Shown: one piece after another, positions 59,158 to 64,000 of the stretch
Layout of the letters: each line of letters opens with the position of its first letter
How positions within the stretch are numbered: the first letter of the stretch is position 1
Assembly (NCBI GenBank): GCA_020630015.1
Contig: JAHDCF010000008.1
Span: 18,000 to 81,999, forward strand
DNA from: Planktomarina sp.
GTDB lineage: Bacteria; Pseudomonadota; Alphaproteobacteria; Rhodobacterales; Rhodobacteraceae
Direction: 5' to 3'
DNA: 64,000 nt
Notes under the pieces: model-generated
What the model was told of the DNA's origin: nothing
The model's input: only the letters and a program-made list of their open reading frames with translations
The model's database searches: none
Position numbers and translations under genes: made by a program

Positions 59158-60813
59158 TTAAGATTTATCCCTCCAACGGTTCACAATTGGATATCGTCGA
59201 TCCAACCAAAACGCCCGATCAGATACGCGTGCTCCCGGTGCTGACTGGAACCTTTTGTGTTCACTAATATAAACTAAATGTTCAACTTTCTTGACCGTTT
59301 CTCGGTCAAAACCCGCTTCAACACATTCAGCAACGCTCGCGTCTTGATCGACCAGCATTGTCAATATTCCATCCAAAACAGGATATGGTGGAAGGCTGTC
59401 TTCATCTTTCTGATCTTCTCGAAGTTCAGCGGTCGGTGGTTTGCTGATGATGCGATCTGCAATCACCTCTCCTGACGGTGCATACATCCAGTCACGGTGG
59501 TTATTATTTCGCCATCTGCAAATTTCGAAAACGCGTGTTTTATAGAGATCTTTGATGGGGTTATATCCCCCTGCCATATCCCCATAGATCGTGGCATATC
59601 CAACAGCGACTTCTGATTTGTTCCCAGTCGTCAAAAGCATGTGCCCGAACTTGTTGGACATCGCCATCAATAACAATCCTCTCAGACGTGACTGAATATT
59701 TTCTTCAGTCAAATCAGGTTCAAGACCATCAAACACCGGTGCTAATGTTTGGGTGACTGCTGCCCTTGATTGCGCGATTGAAACGGTTTGCAACTTGGCC
59801 CCAAGGGCTTCAGCGACAGCTTTCGCATCTGTTAGCGAAGCATCAGAAGTATATTCGGATGGCAACATGACACAATTCACATTGTCCGGGCCCAAGGCAT
59901 CCGCGGCAATGGTTGCCACGATTGCGCTGTCTATCCCGCCCGACAACCCGAGGATCACGGATTTGAAGCCTGTTTTCCCCACATAGTCGCGCAATGCCTC
60001 AACACAGACGCGGTATTCTTGCTCAATCTGCGAAGGCCAACTTTCCTTAGTAGTTTCAATTGAGCGCCACCCCTGATCGGTTTCTCGAAAATCTATTTGT
60101 CGAATGCATTCATCGAAGACAGGAAGTGTGGCAGCAAGTTGCCCGCCTGGATTCAAAACAAATGATCCACCATCAAAAACTTGATCATCTTGACCCCCGA
60201 CCATGTTCAAATACACCAATGGAACATTTGTTTCGATAACGCGGGACACCATGTGGTTTAAACGCACGTCCATTTTTCCACGCGCAAATGGCGACCCATT
60301 GGGAACCAAGAGAATCTCTGCGCCACTTTCGACTTGCGTTTGTGCCACATCTGGGTGCCAAGCATCCTCACAAATGGGTGTCCCAATTCTAATGGGACCG
60401 ATTTTGTAGGGGCCACTTATCGGCGTTACATCATATAAACGCTTTTCATCAAACACATTGTCATTGGGCAACATATGTTTTCGAATGGTTGTTCGGATCG
60501 CCCCGCCTTCCAAAACAAAATACGCATTAAAAAGGCCTTCTTCGGTTCGAAGGGGCCCACCAATTCCAAGAGCAGGGCCATTTTGGGTTTGTTGGGCAAT
60601 CTCTTCGATGTGATGCATTGCATCTTGAACGAAAGCGGGTTTGAGAACCAAGTCTTGAACTTGATATCCCGACACAAACATTTCCGGCAGCATGACCATG
60701 TCCGATTGCGCATCTCGACCAACTTTCCATGCTTGAATTGCCTTTTGCATATTGGTGGCAAAATCGCCCACCGTTGGGTTCAACTGGGCAAGTGTTAAGC
60801 GAAACTTTTTCAT
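59158..60813 (-). CDS. nadE: Glutamine-dependent NAD+ synthetase
   Basis: An N-terminal CN-hydrolase domain (PEMFVSGY, CEDAW) plus the synthetase motif GLSGGIDSA. Confidence 0.93.
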   Translation of the reverse strand: MKKFRLTLAQLNPTVGDFATNMQKAIQAWKVGRDAQSDMVMLPEMFVSGYQVQDLVLKPAFVQDAMHHIEEIAQQTQNGPALGIGGPLRTEEGLFNAYFVLEGGAIRTTIRKHMLPNDNVFDEKRLYDVTPISGPYKIGPIRIGTPICEDAWHPDVAQTQVESGAEILLVPNGSPFARGKMDVRLNHMVSRVIETNVPLVYLNMVGGQDDQVFDGGSFVLNPGGQLAATLPVFDECIRQIDFRETDQGWRSIETTKESWPSQIEQEYRVCVEALRDYVGKTGFKSVILGLSGGIDSAIVATIAADALGPDNVNCVMLPSEYTSDASLTDAKAVAEALGAKLQTVSIAQSRAAVTQTLAPVFDGLEPDLTEENIQSRLRGLLLMAMSNKFGHMLLTTGNKSEVAVGYATIYGDMAGGYNPIKDLYKTRVFEICRWRNNNHRDWMYAPSGEVIADRIISKPPTAELREDQKDEDSLPPYPVLDGILTMLVDQDASVAECVEAGFDRETVKKVEHLVYISEHKRFQSAPGARVSDRAFWLDRRYPIVNRWRDKS

Positions 60814-60976
60814 GACGCGTCCTCAAATGTCAGCTTCTCATTATCAGACACAGCGCGCTGTGAAAGTGGATTTGCAATATGGTTACAAAAGACATTGCCC
60901 GCCCCAAATCGAAGCACTAGGGTCTATGGCAGTAAGAATCCGGAAATCCGGAACATTTTTGGGGAGCCCGAATTCA

Positions 60977-62410
60977 ATGCTTAACCTAACCCGATTGGCC
61001 CTTTTGCTTGCCTCGTCCACCTTAGCTACGGTGACTTTGGCGCAGTCCACTTCGGTGCAAACAAAGCAATACGAAGATGGTGGATTCTATGAGGGCGCCT
61101 TCAAAGATGGGCTTCAACACGGGAAAGGAACATATCGTCTTCCAAATGGTTATGAATACACTGGTGACTGGGTCGAAGGTGAAATTCGAGGTGAAGGCAT
61201 TGCGAAATTCCCGAACGGCTCCGTGTATGAAGGCAGCTTTGCAGAAGGCAAACCAGAAGGTTCCGGCAAGATTACCTATGCAGATGGCAGCACGTATCAA
61301 GGTGAATGGTCTGATGGAAAAATCGAAGGGGCTGGCATTGCCACTTATGCAAACGGGTTGACTTACAACGGCCAGTTCCGGGCTGCCAAGCATCATGGTA
61401 CGGGCATTTTGCGTGCTGAAAATGGATATGTTTATGACGGCGAATGGGTGGATGGTGTCAAAGAAGGTAAAGGGACCGTCACTTATCCAGATGGAGCTGT
61501 TTATGAAGGACAATTGTCAGCCGGGGAACGCAACGGGAATGGCACCCTTACCCTGCCCGATGGACTGGTGTTTGAAGGTGTGTGGTCGAACGGTAAAATT
61601 AGCGGCGAAGGAACCCTTAAACAACCCAATGGTGATATCTACTCGGGTGAACTTTCCGACGGACGTCGTGAAGGGAAAGGAAAAGTTTCATATGCCAATG
61701 GCGATTTGTATGAAGGCGAATTCAAAGATGATCAGCGCCATGGTTTAGGTACATTTACTGGTACCGATGGATACGTCTATGTTGGCGCGTGGATTGATGG
61801 GGCCATCGAAGGCAAAGGTAAAGTCAGCTATCCAGACGGATCGATCTATGAAGGCGAATTCAAAGACGATGTTGCCAACGGCACAGGAAGCATCATTTAC
61901 CCTGATGGTTCCACATATACCGGGGATTGGGTGAACGGTATTATCGAAGGAAAAGGCAAGGCAACATATGCAAATGGCCTTGTATACGAAGGTGATTTCA
62001 AAAATGCCAAAAACCACGGTCAGGGCACTATGACGTTTGGTGACGGCTACCGATACGAAGGCACCTGGGTTGAAGGACAGCGAGAGGGAACCGGCACCGC
62101 AACCTATGCCGATGGTACCGTTTATGAAGGTGAATTCGTGGCTGGACAACGGGCAGGAAGCGGTAAAATTACCATGGCCGATGGTTTCACTTACACCGGC
62201 AATTGGAAAGATGGTGAAATTCACGGCGAAGGCGTCGCAACATATGCAAATGGTGACGTTTATGAAGGAAACTTCATTGCCGGTCGTCGCCAAGGCGAAG
62301 GTACCATGAGATATGCATCAGGGACGGTCGCCACTGGCACATGGAAAGATGGCCAACTTGAAGAAGGCACCGCATCCGTTTCAACCCAAGAAAGCGGCGA
62401 TGAAAACTAA
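60977..62410 (+). CDS. Secreted MORN-repeat protein (19 tandem repeats)
   Basis: Signal peptide MLNLTRLALLLASSTLATVTLAQS, then an uninterrupted run of 23-residue Y-x-G-x-[WF]-x-x-G-x-x-x-G-x-G units. The track start at 60752 overlaps nadE and is unlikely. Confidence 0.85.
   Translation: MLNLTRLALLLASSTLATVTLAQSTSVQTKQYEDGGFYEGAFKDGLQHGKGTYRLPNGYEYTGDWVEGEIRGEGIAKFPNGSVYEGSFAEGKPEGSGKITYADGSTYQGEWSDGKIEGAGIATYANGLTYNGQFRAAKHHGTGILRAENGYVYDGEWVDGVKEGKGTVTYPDGAVYEGQLSAGERNGNGTLTLPDGLVFEGVWSNGKISGEGTLKQPNGDIYSGELSDGRREGKGKVSYANGDLYEGEFKDDQRHGLGTFTGTDGYVYVGAWIDGAIEGKGKVSYPDGSIYEGEFKDDVANGTGSIIYPDGSTYTGDWVNGIIEGKGKATYANGLVYEGDFKNAKNHGQGTMTFGDGYRYEGTWVEGQREGTGTATYADGTVYEGEFVAGQRAGSGKITMADGFTYTGNWKDGEIHGEGVATYANGDVYEGNFIAGRRQGEGTMRYASGTVATGTWKDGQLEEGTASVSTQESGDEN
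61088..62367 (+). repeat. Array of 19 x 69-bp (23-codon) MORN-coding repeats
   Basis: I counted the repeats directly in the translation, from YEGAFKDGLQHGKG to TGTWKDGQLEEG. The copies have diverged at the DNA level. Confidence 0.85.
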
Positions 62411-63933
62411 ACGATTTCGCCTAAATTTAGTTTTTGCAGAACTTCATCTGCTGAATCCAAAACATGTTTCTGGTGCTCTTCCGAAAAATTGCTCCAAGTG
62501 CGATACATTTGGGCCATTCTCGGGTTTTTTGAAAACATCTCACGGTGCTGGTGCAAAAAATTCCAATACAAAACGTTAAAGGGGCACGCCCCATCGCCTG
62601 CTTTTTGAGAAACAGAATACGAACACGTTTTGCAATAGTTTGACATCCTGTTGATGTAAGCGCCTGAAGATACATAAGGTTTGGACGCGACCACACCACC
62701 GTCGGCAAATTGGCTCATTCCGATTGTGTTAGGTGCCTCGACCCATTCAAACGCATCCACATACACCGAAAGATACCATTCGTGCACAAACTGCGGGTCG
62801 ACACCAGCAAGCAACGCAAAATTTCCAGTGATCATCAAACGTTGGATGTGATGCGCATAGGCATGAGATTCGGTTTGCCCAATGGCTTGATCCATACACT
62901 CCATTTTTGTCTTCGCCCCCCAATACATGGAAGGCAACTGTGCTGTGTGTTGCAGGGCATTCTGCTTGATATATTCAGGTCCAAATTTGAAATATATACC
63001 CCGTACAAATTCACGCCACCCAAGAATTTGTCGTATAAACCCTTCCACAGAATTCAAAGGTACATTTCCGTTTCGATATTCTGTTTCAGCTGCCCTGCAT
63101 ACCTCCAGCGGGTTTAAAAGACCAACATTCAAATACGGTGATAAGAACGAGTGATTCAAGAACGGATCATCAATCAGCATCGCATCTTGGGTTTCTCCGA
63201 AATCAGCAAGGCTGTAACGCATAAAGTGATGCATTGCCGACAATGCATCTGATCGATCAACCGCCAAATTAAAGCCACCAATTTTTCCAAAATTTTTAGG
63301 AAAGTGATTTTCAACAAGTTCCAAGACGCCTTTTGTGATTAAATCTGGGTCGATTGCGTGGGGTATTTGACGAAATAAATCTGGTTGTGCTTTTTTACGA
63401 TTGTCATGATCAAAATTCCATTTACCCCCAGTTGGTTGCCCGTCATCCATCAAAATCGAATATTTTCGCCTCATTTCGCGGTAAAAAAATTCCATTCGCA
63501 AAGATTTTCGGTTTTTCGACCAATCTTCAAATTCCTTGTGACTACAAAGAAACCGATCATCTTCAAGGCACTCAACTTGCAAAGGCAAAGAACTAAACTC
63601 GTCTATCAATCGCCACTCACTTGGTTCAGTCATAACGACTTTCGAAGTTCGGAAGTGATCTGCACGCCTCAACAGCTCTCCAACAATGCAACCTGTTGAT
63701 TCAGGATCATCCAATCGGGTGTATGAAACATTCCACCCATTCTCTCGCAAACGTTCTGCAAAATGCCGCATCGCGGAAAGAACGAACGCAATTTTTTTTG
63801 GGTGATGCGGAACGTATGACGCCTCGGACATAACCTCAGCCATCACAACGATATCCTCGGTTCGATTGGCCGCCATTAATGCCGACAAACCTTCAGAGAG
63901 TTGATCCCCCAGAACCAGAACAAGTTTCACCAA
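62407..63933 (-). CDS. Cryptochrome/photolyase-family protein of the FeS-BCP / bacterial (6-4) photolyase (PhrB/CryB-like) type
   Basis: The N-terminus is LVLVLGDQLS...VVMAEV..EASYVPHHPKKIAFVLSAMRHFAERLRENGW, and the C-terminus has CKTC-x12-C (YCKTCSYSVSQKAGDGACPFN). The start is the TTG at 63933 or the GTG at 63930. Confidence 0.85.
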   Translation of the reverse strand: MVKLVLVLGDQLSEGLSALMAANRTEDIVVMAEVMSEASYVPHHPKKIAFVLSAMRHFAERLRENGWNVSYTRLDDPESTGCIVGELLRRADHFRTSKVVMTEPSEWRLIDEFSSLPLQVECLEDDRFLCSHKEFEDWSKNRKSLRMEFFYREMRRKYSILMDDGQPTGGKWNFDHDNRKKAQPDLFRQIPHAIDPDLITKGVLELVENHFPKNFGKIGGFNLAVDRSDALSAMHHFMRYSLADFGETQDAMLIDDPFLNHSFLSPYLNVGLLNPLEVCRAAETEYRNGNVPLNSVEGFIRQILGWREFVRGIYFKFGPEYIKQNALQHTAQLPSMYWGAKTKMECMDQAIGQTESHAYAHHIQRLMITGNFALLAGVDPQFVHEWYLSVYVDAFEWVEAPNTIGMSQFADGGVVASKPYVSSGAYINRMSNYCKTCSYSVSQKAGDGACPFNVLYWNFLHQHREMFSKNPRMAQMYRTWSNFSEEHQKHVLDSADEVLQKLNLGEIV

Positions 63934-64000
63934 GGAATACCCTCACCTTTCCAATTTTTGAAGGAACCAGAATTTTCTGAGGAGACTGACAAAAGCGTAT

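Noticed and set aside
60752-60976. The long N-terminal extension of the MORN protein ORF.
   Set aside because: It overlaps the 5' end of nadE on the opposite strand. The Met at 60977 is followed by a textbook signal peptide.

Overview
This window reads as a gene-dense chromosomal segment of a marine alphaproteobacterium, probably Rhodobacterales/roseobacter-like. That placement is an inference from a class I LysRS, a GAAC-N7-GAAC SOS box, a Hint-domain RTX protein, BKACE/carnitine genes and non-Pyl MttB. I found about 60 protein genes and one tRNA-Arg(TCT). I saw no rRNA, CRISPR array, IS element, integrase or prophage.

The left 6.3 kb is one giant minus-strand ORF that the ORF track omits because it has no stop in the window. 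It encodes an RTX/cadherin-like repeat protein with a ~1.6 kb internal duplication and ends in a Hint (Hedgehog/intein) module. Directly upstream, on the same strand, sits a translationally coupled H-NOX-like sensor plus GGDEF cyclase. The H-NOX-like protein seems to lack both heme-binding signatures.

Other points worth a second look:
- an exact LexA box on an orphan imuA-like gene;
- an OmpA-family gene whose conserved C-terminus is reachable only by a -1 shift at an A_AAA_AAC heptamer;
- a small gene-decay zone;
- an AmmeMemoRadiSam system with fused B-A proteins;
- an orphan leaderless beta-helix protein;
- a secreted 19x MORN protein;
- a three-gene cassette of unknown function with a secreted JAB-like DUF4329 protein.

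Housekeeping genes include uvrB, metG, lysK, gltX, nadD, nadE, ettA, fadH and dacB.

All family assignments come from motif recognition by eye. No database search was run, and start codons are best guesses.
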